Positions 12,981 to 24,159 are shown, numbered from the stretch's first letter. The stretch is DNA of 42,178 bases from Octopus sinensis (GCF_006345805.1 NW_021835209.1:1-42178), one strand, 5' to 3'. Made by a program: numbers and translations. Notes: generated by a model from the letters alone, not told the origin.

Positions 12981-13940
12981 TGTTTATATGCAGGTATGTA
13001 TGTTTGACAACTTTTATTTATTCTAATTCTTCTTAGAAGAAGGGTCTTCCCAGATGGAGAAACAAAAGCTTCCAAATGGAATTTAGATAACAACGATAAT
13101 TGATGCATACTGCGCTTTAAGAAAGTCTTGCCTATTCTATCTGTTCCATTTGATTGTATCAGTAAAGTGCGTGTTAGCTCTTCTGTATTGTAGCTAAAAC
13201 ATTTCCTAACGTAACGAAATGCACCAGTAATTGTTGGTATGAAGATGACTGTCTATCGAAAGCAGAGGAGCAGTACAATTCGGAGCTGTTGTCAATAAAT
13301 ATTCTCCTTCTTGCTGATCGTGGAATATATGTTCTCATGAGGCAGCATAGCCCGTCTTTGTGACAACAACTATTATTTCTTTCTGACCCAAATAAATATA
13401 TAAGGCCTGTTTTGTTTGCATTTGGTCAAATTTTTGGTGGGAATGGTCCACCAATATTTCATATATTGATATGTATTATGTGTATGTATTCCTTAACAGA
13501 GAAATTGTTAATATTTACCCCTGAGCAGCCTTTTCTACGGATTGACATTGGACATTATTGTCTTAGTGAGAGTTAGTAATATGATGAGATTTTTGGACAG
13601 CTGTTGAGTACGTCTTATGTCCACCACAGAAAAGTGACACATTTGACGCTTGACATTTGACGCTGCACCACTTTCAGCGTCTAACACAATTTCTACGGGC
13701 GCAGATCCATGGCCTCTCGAGACCCGCGGATGCCAGCTACTGTCATTTGTGGTAGCGTCGTAGGAGACTAAGAGCTTTGTTGTCCTGTTTGTTCATTAGA
13801 TATTTCTTATCTATCACGTGCTCTTAGATTGCTGAAGCCTGGTCGCCAAGATGTGACGTTGTATGACATTCACAACTTCAAGAGAAGTTACTTTTCATAT
13901 TGGATTCATTTTTTTGGCACAAGGAAGACGAGGAGATTAA

Positions 13941-14108
13941 AGAATCGTTAGCACGCCGGACAAGATACTTAGCAGCATTTCGTCCGCCTTCATATTCTGA
14001 GTTCAAATTCCGCCGAGGTCGACTTTCGTCCTTTTGGGATAGCACTGCGGTCGATGTAATCAACTTATCACTCCCCTAAAATTGCTGGTCTTGAGCCGAC
14101 ATTTGAAA
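13941..14108 (+). mobile_element. family B SINE
   Basis: gttagcacgccgg...ctgagttcaaattccgccgaggtcgactt...ggtcgatgtaatc. Confidence 0.85.
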
Positions 14109-14112
14109 TCAA

Positions 14113-14470
14113 GTTTTGGCACAATGCCAGCAAGTTCGTAAGAGGATGACAAGTCGATCGCTTTGACCCCAATGCTCAACTGGTACTTAATTTATCGACC
14201 CTGAAAGGATGAGAGGCGAAGTCGACCTCGGCGGACTCAGAGTGTACAGACGTACTAGCGTAACTAGAGTGTGTGTCGCCGGGGACGGCCCTTCCGTTCG
14301 CCATCCCCGGATCCCACAAAAAACAACATATTGCCTAAAGCAAACCCAAAAGTACCGCCCCTTTAAAAGTGCCACCTGGAGCGGACTGACCCTACCGCCC
14401 CCCTCCTCTTTAGCTACAGGCGTAAAAAATACTGTTAAGCATTCCTCCGGGGTGCAAACGATTCTGCATA
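14113..14470 (-). mobile_element. family B SINE interrupted by a roughly 170-bp insertion
   Basis: actggtacttaatttatcgaccctgaaaggatgagaggcgaagtcgacctcggcgg continues as aatactgttaagcattcctccggggtgcaaacgattctgc after the insert. Confidence 0.75.
14252..14424. mobile_element. TA-flanked MITE-like insertion (degenerate CAGTGGCGTAGCTAG-type ends)
   Basis: tactagcgtaactagag at left and ctctttagctacaggcgta at right form imperfect inverted termini; GC-rich; nested in a SINE. Confidence 0.4.
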
Positions 14471-14487
14471 CTAACATTCTTAACTAC

Positions 14488-14673
14488 TTCAAGACGTCGG
14501 GCAAAGTGTTTAACAGTATTTCGTCCGTCTGTACGTTCTGAGTTCAAATTCTACCGAGGTCTACTTCGCCTTTTATGTTACACGTGGTCGATAAATTAAG
14601 TACCAATTGAACACTGTGGTCGTTGTAATCGACTTACCCTTACCCCCGAAATTGCTGACCTGGTACCAATATT
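14488..14673 (+). mobile_element. family B SINE
   Basis: gtatttcgtccgtctgtacgttctgagttcaaattctaccgaggtc...ggtcgataaattaagtacc. Confidence 0.85.
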
Positions 14674-14715
14674 CTCAACCACTTCAAGTTTATGGTTTTA
14701 GGTTTTCCTTGACAG

Positions 14716-14763
14716 TCGCTAGTTTTGCACTTCTTCAAAGTTAATATGAGAGGTCGTCAGGAG
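14716..14763 (+). CDS. candidate 48-nt phase 0-0 exon (SLVLHFFKVNMRGRQE), product unknown
   Basis: ggttttccttgacAG acceptor and GAG|GTGAGC donor; single open frame; could be chance. Confidence 0.2.
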
Positions 14764-14980
14764 GTGAGCATGTATTGAGGAGTCACTACAGACCCTTAGG
14801 ATATGAATTCACTTCACTTTTGAGCACTTACTTAATGCACTTATTGTTATTATTTTTATTTATTTATTGATGTTTTTTTTTGCTACAGTTGATTACCAAT
14901 CGATTGTTTACTGATTTGTTTACCCATTTGTGCCTAAATTTTTTTAGTGAATGAAATTGCCTGAAAATTCATAGATACTA

Positions 14981-16177
14981 TCAGATCATCCCATATGTTC
15001 CGTCCGATTTTACTTTTTTTAAAACTGAATGAAATTTATTAGTATTTTAGAATGTCTAATGGAATTAAAAATTATTTTTATTCATTTGTGTACATTAAAA
15101 CTAATTAAATATAATTTTACAGAATAATAGAATTAAAATTTCTTTGATAAAAACCCTTTCTAACATGGAAGTATCCAAAAAGCATTTAAGAATGCTTGAA
15201 TGAAATAACTTGCAGAAGATGGTTTGCAAAATTCAGAAGTGGAGATTTCAGCCTTGAAGATGAAGACTGAACAGGACGTCCAGTTGAGTTTGATGATAAG
15301 CTCCTTGAAGCATTACTTGAAGAAAATCCTTCAATATCAGTTGAAGGATTGGCAATAAAGCTTAGTTCAAACCATACAACTGTTCGTCGTCATCTTCAAC
15401 AACTTGGAAAAGTTCCTAAACTTGGAAAATGGGTGCCTCATGAATTGTCCGAAAGCAACCATAAATCCTGAGTTGGCATCTACTCTTCTCTCTATTCTCG
15501 CGAACTCATTTCACACTTTTTGGATAGACTTGTGATAGAAAATGGATTTATTGAAATGTTAAACGTTGTAAACAGTGGCTTGGTAAAAGGGGAAAAGCTC
15601 AACCACAACCGAGAAGGGAATTTCATGAGAAAGAGATTCTTCTCTCTATCTGGTGGGATTGCAAAGGAGTAATTCACTTTGAATTGTTACCAACTAATGT
15701 AACAATCAATGCTCAAGTCTACTGTCAGCAATTAGAGCGTTTGAAACAAGCTTTAAAGGAAAAAATACCCGCTTTAGTGAATCGAAAAAGAGTGATGTTT
15801 CATCAGGACCACGCGCGACACCACACTGCAAAGATCACATTACAGAAGATCGAAGAGCTTGGTTGGGAAAATTTCCTCATCCACCTTATTCTCCCGATCT
15901 TGGTCCTTCAGACTACCATTTATTTCGTAGTTTACAGAATCATTTGGAGGACATAACTTTCGCAAGTCAGGAGGAGGTCGAAACTAACATTTCAGAGTTC
16001 TTCGCTTTGAAACCATAAGAGTTTTACATTGATGGGATTAAAAAGCTTGTAAATAGATGGAATGAAATTATAGATAATAAGGGAAAGTACATTGATGATT
16101 ACATTTCAATTAAATATAACATTTAATTACATGTTTCCTTTATTCAAAATTCGCACAGAACTTATGGAATGACCTGA
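14981..16177 (+). mobile_element. mariner (Tc1/mariner, DD34D) DNA transposon, near full length, degenerate
   Basis: Left TIR tcagatcatcccatatgttccgtccgatttt versus right TIR reverse complement tcaggtcattccataagttctgtgcgaattt (25/31 identical); TA at 14979-80 and 16178-79. Confidence 0.93.
15165..16101 (+). pseudogene. mariner transposase pseudogene
   Basis: MEVSKKHLR start; RRWFAKFRSGDFSLEDE HTH segment; WVPHEL at 15430-15447; FHQDHARHH; PYSPDLGPSDYHLF at 15884-15925; second and third catalytic D are 104 nt apart (105 after a 1-nt deletion, i.e. D34D); stops, frameshifts and an apparent N-terminal deletion. Confidence 0.93.
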
Positions 16178-16184
16178 TATTATT

Positions 16185-16370
16185 TTAACCTAAATAACAA
16201 ATGAAAAATTTTTCATTGAAACCTGATTTCTACAGACGGCATACGCGGTAAGAACATGTTTCATTCTTTGATACAGATCATACACAAATCACAATTTGTA
16301 TCAAGTATTTCTTTCATATCTTTATAAATTAAATGTCAGTTTAAACGGACGATCGGTTTCAATGGGTTAA
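16185..16370. mobile_element. possible TTAA-flanked MITE
   Basis: Right end reverse complement ttaacccattgaaaccg; left end ttaacc[23 nt]cattgaaacctg. Confidence 0.3.
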
Positions 16371-16755
16371 TATCAAACGATATTCAAATGCTGTCTCAGT
16401 TGATCTTAAATCTCTTTTATCTTCTTTTCTTCTGTGTTAGAATCTCTCAATATCATAGTTTCTGTGGAAGTTTGCAGATGACGGAATCTTGCTGGTTTGA
16501 TTACTTATGGAGCAGCATATTTCCTCAATAAACCAGTCTCGTATCCCAAATGCTGGTATCGGTTGATGGCCAAACGTTGGTATAGGCTTATATGTTTTGG
16601 TATTAACTGCAAATGCATTGCAGGATTTTGCGTTGTATGAATAAAAGCTCTGGCTACGATGTCGTTTTTGTGTTTTGTTTGGTTTTTTTGTCTAGAATAA
16701 TATTCTTTGATTACTTCGTCTTTGTTCACAGAACCTTTCATGATGTATTTTCATT

Positions 16756-17060
16756 GGCGCGTAGCTTAGTGTTTAGGGCATTGGGCTCGCGATCGTAGGG
16801 TCACGAGTTCGATTCTCGGCGGCGCGTTGTGTCCTTTAGCAAGACACTTTATTTCACGGTCCTCCAGCCCACTCAGCTGGCAAAAATTTCAAGGGGCCAG
16901 CCTTGTCACACTCTATGTCACGCTAAATCTCCCTGAGAAATACGTAAAAAGGGGTATGCGTGTCTGTAGAGTGCTCCGCCATTGCACATCAATCTCACGA
17001 GCAAGCGGTTCCGATGATCGTATTAGCTGGGACCCTCGTCATCGGAACTGACGGAGTGCT
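16756..17060 (+). mobile_element. tRNA-derived SINE with CORE-like domain (family D)
   Basis: ggcgcgtagcttagtgtttagggcattgggctcgcgatcgtagggtcacgagttcgattctc head; gttgtgtcctttagcaagacactt CORE-like segment. Confidence 0.82.
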
Positions 17061-17513
17061 TCTCTCTTCGTTTCATTAATATCAATGTATTTGTATCATT
17101 CGTTTTACAAAACAGAGAAGACAAAGGTCATTGGTTAAAAGATTTGGGGTTGGGTGGACAGTTTTTTCATGTTCAGTTGTTAAATATGAACATTTCTGTT
17201 GGCCAAACTCCATCCCTATATCAACAGAAAATGATGTGAATAAATCCAGTGGTTTTCTGGCATTATAAATATTTCATGAATACCTAATTAACTCCTTGGC
17301 ACCAATATTATCCGAAGCATGCGAGACACTGCTCCGGGTTTTTTTTTAATCTAATGAGGCCACACAAACACACAAGTGCCAATGAGCTTGCATCTATTTA
17401 CCTTCACCGTTACAATAACATAGCATCGTACATTTACGTCTACCGGTTTATGAAAACGAACTATTTGAAACTATTTATCATATTATGATAAGCACGAGTT
17501 ATTCTGCTCAAGT

Positions 17514-18064
17514 TCAAAAAATAGCTTGCGTGTGGTACAACTCAAAACACGGTATTATGCAAAGAGACACATCACAGTCCGGACAACGAAATCTGGTTTC
17601 GCGCCTACGGTGGTGTGAGGTGCACACAACACATTTCCATGCCGGTTTCTACTTTTTTCCGTTGGCTGTATGAAAGGCGGGAAATGTCCTCGTCGGTTCA
17701 GGAGCCGGTTTGGAGTTGGTCGGGCGTGAGGACGTCCACGCGTTCGGTAGTTGGGCAGCTCGGAAACTTCGAAATGCGAGTCCATTTGCTTGGCCACCCA
17801 GCATTCGCCAGATCAGATGTGTCTTCACGAGTGCCATATCCACAATGTACAAAATATTTTTTGTACCATTTTCCGAATCTTCGTGAGATTTGTGCGTGGT
17901 AGCCAGCTGATCGGATCTATCCAGCCCACTCATTGCTCTGTTGTAGCCCTGTACAACATCGAGTTTTTTATGGGGTCCCCTGCACGATTCTGTTTGCCAG
18001 TTTCAGACATTGCAGCAGAGTACATCGTATTCAGCATGGTCACGTAGTTTCTGTCTCGCCACTG
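17514..18064 (-). pseudogene. piggyBac transposase, C-terminal fragment
   Basis: Minus-strand translation across frameshifts: WRDRNYVTMLNT...VVQGYNRAMSGLDRSDQL...KWYKKYF...IVDMALV..., ending in the Cys-rich domain WKCVVCTSHHRRRETRFRCPDCDVSLCIIPCFELYHTQAIF*; a possible TTAA end lies at 17288-17291. Confidence 0.9.
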
Positions 18065-18080
18065 TCCGTCGAACGGTATG

Positions 18081-18124
<44 letters not shown>

Positions 18125-18146
18125 TACAAATATACATATACAGAGT

Positions 18147-18175
18147 GGAGGCGCAATGGCTCAGTGGTTAGGGCA
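18147..18175 (+). mobile_element. family C SINE head, truncated after the A box
   Basis: ggaggcgcaatggctcagtggttagggca is near-identical to 4840-4868, then breaks abruptly. Confidence 0.8.
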
Positions 18176-19930
18176 TTCCAAGAACATTCCAGGAAGTAAT
18201 TCCTCCCGTTCCTCTCCCTCTTCGGAACTTTCCTGGAAGTAATTCCTCCCCTTCTTCCCCTACTCGGAACTTTCCAAGAAGTAATTCCTGCTCATCCTCG
18301 GAGCTTTCCGGGAAGGGATGACGGGGAGCAACGACTTCCTTGAAAGTTCCGAGGAGTGGGATGAAGGACGTCCTGGAAAGTTCCGAGGAAAGGAAAGACT
18401 CCCTGGCACGTTCGAAGTTTGGGAAGTATTTTCTGGAAAGTTCCTCGGAAGGAGTTGGGAAGAAAGTGAAGAAAAAGAGAGGAGAGACTTCCTGAAAAGT
18501 TCCGAGGAGAGGGGTGAAGGAGTTCCTGGAAAGATCCGAGTGTGGGAAGGAAGGAATTACTGGAAATTTCCGATGAAGGGGATGAATTGAAGGAACGACT
18601 TCCTGGAAAGTTCCGAGAAGGAGAACAAGGAAGAGGAAGGAAAGTTCGGAGAAGAGCATTGAAGTACTTCCTGGAAAGTTCCGAATAAGGGGAACGATTC
18701 CTGGAATGCTCCGATAAAGCGGTGGAAGGATGGAGCCAGCTGACACTGCACACTTCATCCCCTTCCTCGGAAGTTCAAGGAAGTTTATCCTCCCTTTCCC
18801 CCATCCTGCCATTTCTCGTTCTTTTCTTCCACTTCCACCTCTGCCCACACCCCGCGTACTGATTCCAAAGAAAGACGCAACATCAGAAAGAAAGTTCCGA
18901 GGTGGAAGAACTTCCTGGAAAGTTCCGAGGAGGTAAGGATTGGGAGGAACAATTTTCTGGAATGTTCCGAGGAGAAGGATAATTGGGCGGATGTGGAGGA
19001 ACGAATTCCTGTAAACAATTTTCTGGAATGTTCCGAGGAGAAGGACAATTGGGCGGATGTGGAGGAACGAATTCCTGGAAGTGGTGAGGGGAGGAAGGGG
19101 GAATGGGAAGTGATGAGGGAGGGAAGGGGAAGAGGGGAGGGGTGGAAGAGGGGAGGTGGGGAGGAGAGGGGAGGGGGAGAGGGAGGGGTGGAAGAGGGGA
19201 GGTGGGGAGGAAGATGGGGAGGGGGAGAGGGGAGGGGGAGGGGGAAGAGGGGAGGGGGAAGAGGGGAGGGGGAAAGAGGGGAGGGGGGAGGGGGAAGAGG
19301 GGAGGGGGAGGAGAGGGGGAGGGGAGGGGAGGAAGAGGGGAGGGGAGGGGAGGAAGAGGGGAGGGGGAAGAGGGAGGGGGAAGAGGAGGGGGAGGAAGAG
19401 GGGGGGGGGAAGAGGGGAGGGGAGGGGAGGAAGAGGGGGGGGAGGAGAGGGGAGGGGAGGAAGGGGGTGTGGGAGAGGAAGTTGGAGGGGAGGAAGAGGG
19501 AAAGGGAGGAACGACTTTGTGGAAAATTGCGAGTATATGGAAGAATGAGAGAAAGGGGATGAACGACTTCGTGGAAAGATCCGAGTTGGGTGGTGAAGGA
19601 CTTCCTGGAAAAGTACGAGGAAGGGGACAAAGGGGAGGAAGGGTATGAAGGATGGGAGGATGGTCTTCCTGGAATATTTCCGAGGTGGGAGAGGAAAGAC
19701 TTTCTAGAATATACCCAGGAGGGGGATGAAGGGGATGAATGGGAGGAAGGTGGGAAAGGCATCCTGGAAAGTTCTGAGGAAGGAGTGAAGAACTTCCCGG
19801 AACGTTCCGAAGCAGGGGAGAAATGGTAGGAACAACTTTCTGGAAAGTTCCGAGGGCGGGGATGAAGAACTTCCTGAAAATGTCCGAGGAGGGAGATTAA
19901 GGGGAGGAAGGACTTCCTGGAAAGTTCCGT
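18176..19930. repeat. degenerate GA-rich minisatellite with core ACTTCCTGGAAAGTTCCGAGGA, inverted segments and a central G-rich tract
   Basis: Roughly 25-30 core copies spaced about 35-65 bp; 18176-18310 and about 18745-18840 are in the opposite orientation; 66-bp exact-type duplication at 18949-19078. Confidence 0.85.
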
Positions 19931-20119
19931 TAAAGGTAGGAAGGGGAAGAAGAGGAGGAAGGATAAGCCTCCTATTTACGACGCATCTGTTAAATCTATA
20001 ATCTTCAGAAAACATGGCTGATTTTAAACTAATGCCATTTCTTACAACTTGCAACGGTAAACAATACTAATAATTGTAAACACTATGCATAGCTATAGGC
20101 CACTTTTCGCTCCTTGAAT

Positions 20120-20352
20120 GCGTGTGAATATGTATGTATATATCTGTACATGTATGTTTGTATATGTACATATGTGTGTATGTGTATGTGCGTGCGTGCG
20201 GTGTGTGTATGTGCGTGTGTGTGAGTGTGTGTGTGTGTGTATGGATTTGAATAGAAATTTGAAAATTGAATTATGTAAAATTGTGAAACTAGTCTTTATT
20301 GTTATATTTTGATACACGTATGCACATATGTGTACATATATGTGTGTATCTG

Positions 20353-20385
<33 letters not shown>

Positions 20386-20619
20386 CTACGTATGTATATA
20401 TATATAATATATATATATTCATATATATATATACATTATATATTTGTATGTATGCATATATATATACACCCACATATGTACATATATATTTATGTATACA
20501 TATGTATATATATATATATGTATGAATATACATATGTATATGTATGTGACTGTGTATTTGTACAATATATATATATGTATGTATACATATATATTTATGA
20601 ATATATATGTACAGATAAG

Positions 20620-20688
<69 letters not shown>

Positions 20689-20730
20689 ACATACATTTGT
20701 GTGTGAGTGTGTTTTTGTGTGTGGGTGTAT
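20120..20730. repeat. TG/TA microsatellite region
   Basis: Direct reading. Confidence 0.9.
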
Positions 20731-20979
20731 GTTTGTGCGAATTGTCATCACTGCGCATGCCTGTGGGTCCGAACTCAGAGCCTGCATTTCGCGAGACAGT
20801 AAACCAGTCACTATGTGCCTCTCATATCGTTTGACGTCAGAGATCTTGTGACTGGAATATCTGGGTGAATTATGGCAGTTTTAAATCAATTTCGTTGCTA
20901 TGGTTACATTACTGCCGTTGATCTTGTTGACGGTGTTGTTGCATTTGATGGCGATGATTTATATTAATAACGTTCTTGG

Positions 20980-21069
20980 CAATGATGATGATGATTACGA
21001 TAATGATGACGATGATGATAATGACGACGACAACGACGATGGTGGTGGTGGTGGTGGTGATGATGATGG

Positions 21070-21110
<41 letters not shown>

Positions 21111-21195
21111 TTGATGATGATGATGATGATGACGATGAAGATGATAATGACGACGACAACGACGATGGTGGTGGTGGTGGTGGTGATGATGATGG

Positions 21196-21239
<44 letters not shown>

Positions 21240-22656
21240 TTGATGATGATGATGATGATGATTTTTATAATGATGATGATGATGATGACGACGTTGATAA
21301 TGATGATGACGTTGCTGATGACGACGTTGGTAATGACGATGATGATGATGATGATGATGATGAAGATGATGAAGATGATGATGATGATGATGATGATGAC
21401 AACGATGATAATGATGATGGGGAGGAGGAGTATGACAACGATGTTTATAATGATGATGATGATGATGATGATGACGACATTTCTGATGACGACGTTGGTA
21501 ATGATGATGACGATCATGATACGAAGACAACGACAATGATAATGATGATGATTATGACGACGATGAGGATGATGATGATGATGATGATGATGGTGATGTT
21601 ATTGTATTTTGTTGTTCTTGGATCTCTATTTATAGAATTGTTATTGCTGACATTGTCATTGATGATGATGATGATGTTGTTGTTGTTCGTGTTGCTATCG
21701 TCATCGCCATTGTTGCTGTTGTTGTTGCTGCTGCTGCTCTTGTTGTTATTGTCGTTGTGGAAGATAGTGGTGATGATGATGATGATGATGATGATGTAGT
21801 TGTCGATAGCGAAGATAATCATGACGATAATGGTGGTGGTAGTGGTGGCGGCGGTGGCGGCGGCGGCGGTGGTGGTGGCGGTGGTGGTGGTGGTGGTGGT
21901 GGTGGTGGTGGTGGTGGTGGTAGAGCGGTAGTACTGCTGTGGTTGTGATCGTGATGGTTGTGTTGCTTCTGATGCTGATGCTGATGTTGAAAATGATGAC
22001 GATAATGATGTCGACGAAGATGAGGTTCACGAAGAAGAGGAGGAGGAGGAGGAGGGGGTTAGGAGGAGGTGATGATGATGATTATCATGATCATGAGCAT
22101 GATGATCTCGATCGTGATGACGATGACGATGATGACGACGGCGACAATGACACCACGGAGACGGTGATGATGATGATGATGATGATGATGATCGTTGTTG
22201 GTGGCAACAACGACGGCGACTATGATGATTGTAATGATGATGATGATGATGATTGCAGTGGTTGTGATCGTAGTGGTGTGGTGGTGATGAGGAGGAGAAG
22301 AATGATGGTGATGACGATGATATAACAAGGAAGAGGAGGAGGAAAGGGACTATTTTGTTGCTCCTTGTCAAGATGCTGTAGCTTGGACTTTTTCTTCATC
22401 CTGTTCTTCGTTCTATTGTTATTTTCGTTGTTGCTGTTGTTGTTGTTGTCACCGATGCTATTGTTGATTTCGATGTCCTCATTATTGTCCACCCTTTCAT
22501 CGTCTCTTTTGTAGTTATTGTCCCTTACCATTCAATGGTGTTGCGCCATAGATGCGGTTGCCTTGTTACGATTATCGCCAATAACGGTGTTGTTGTTGTG
22601 GTGGTGGTGGTGGTTGCTGCTGCTGCTGCTGTTGCTATTCTTGTTCTTGTTCTTGG

Positions 22657-22692
<36 letters not shown>

Positions 22693-22775
22693 CAACGACG
22701 ACTGCGATGATGATGATGACGATGATGATGATAACGACAATGGCAACGACGACGACGATCGACATTATCATTCTG
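20980..22775. repeat. (GAT)n/(GAC)n/(GGT)n/(GTT)n compound trinucleotide region
   Basis: Direct reading; internal duplication of about 129 bp at 21013-21260. Confidence 0.92.
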
Positions 22776-23846
22776 AGGAGGAGGAGGGGGAGGAGGAGGA
22801 GGTGATGGGGAGAGGTGAAGAGAAGAAGAGAGAAGGGGAGGAGGAAGAGGAGGAGGTGGTGGTGGGGAGAGGTGAAGAGAAGAAGAGAGAGAAGAGGAGG
22901 GGGAGAAGAAACAGGAGAGGAGGAGGAAGAGGAGTGGAGGACGAAGAGGAGAGGAGGACGGAGAGGAGAAGTGGACGAGAAGGGGAGGTGGAGGTGGAGG
23001 AGGAGGGGGTGGAGGAGGAAGGGGACGACGACGACGACGAAGAGGAGAGGAAGAGGTGGTGAAGGAGGGGACAAAAAGGGGTAGGGGAGGAGGAGGAGGA
23101 ATAGGAAGAGGAGAAAGAGGGAGAAAGTGGAGGAAGAAGAGAAAGAGGAGAAAGAGGGAGGAATCGGGGAGGAAGAAGAGAAAGAGGGAGGAAGCGGAAG
23201 AGAAAGCGGGGGAGGAAGAAGAGAAAGAGGGAAGAAGAGGAAGAAGAAGAAGAGAAAGAGGGAGGAAGAGGAATCGGGGGAGGATGAAGAGAAAGAGGGA
23301 GGAAGTGGAAGTGGAAGAAGAGAAAGAGGGAGGAAGAGGAATCGGGGGAGGAAGAAGAGAAAGAGGGAGGAAGAGGAATCGGGGGAAGAAGAGAAAGAGG
23401 GAGGAAGAGGAAGAGAAGAAGAGAAAGAGGGAGGAAGAGGAATCGGGGGAAGAAGAGAAAGAGGGAGGAAGAGGAAGAGGAAGAAGAGAAAGTGGGAGGA
23501 AGAGGAAGAAGAAGAAGAGAAAGAGGGAGGAAGAGGAAGAGGGAAGAAGAGAAAGAGGGAGGAAGAGGAAGAGGGAAGAAGAGAAAGAGGGAGGAAGAGG
23601 AAGAGGGAAGAAGAGAAAGAGGGAGGAAGAGGAAGAGGAAGAAGAGAAAGAGGGATGAAGAGGAAGAAGAGAAAGAGGGAGGAAGAGGAAGAAGAGAAAG
23701 AGGGAGGAAGCGGAAGAGGGAGGAAGAGAAGAGAAAGAGGGAGGAAGAGGAGGAAGAGGAGGAGGAAGAAGAGAAGAAAGTGGGAGGAAGGGGAGGAAGA
23801 GGAGGAGAAAGAGAAGAAAGTGGAAGGAAGGGGAGGAAGAGGAGAA
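22775..23846. repeat. near-pure polypurine minisatellite (AAGAGAAAGAGGGAGGAAG-type unit)
   Basis: About 1 kb, almost exclusively A/G on the plus strand. Confidence 0.92.
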
Positions 23847-23869
23847 GCATGAAGCTGATTGGGATGATG

Positions 23870-24083
23870 ACGTTGATCGTGTTGTGATTGCTGTTGCCCT
23901 TATTGTTGTCATCCATTGTGCTAATTTTATCGCTGTTGCTTCGTTGTTGACATTGATAAAGCTGTCGTCGTTGTTGTTGTTGCTGTTGCTGCTTCTGCTG
24001 CTGCTGTTGCTGATGTTGATGATAATTTTGCTGTTATGGCTGATGTTGTTTGTTTTGTTGCTTTGCTGCCACTGCTGCTACTG

Positions 24084-24159
<76 letters not shown>

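Noticed and set aside
16441-16640. Very strong polypyrimidine acceptor at 16440
   Set aside because: All three frames close within about 90 nt and there is no convincing donor; it could only be non-coding
18168-19762. ORFs of 150-325 aa over the GA-rich satellite
   Set aside because: Low-complexity products of the repeat on both strands; no homology recognised
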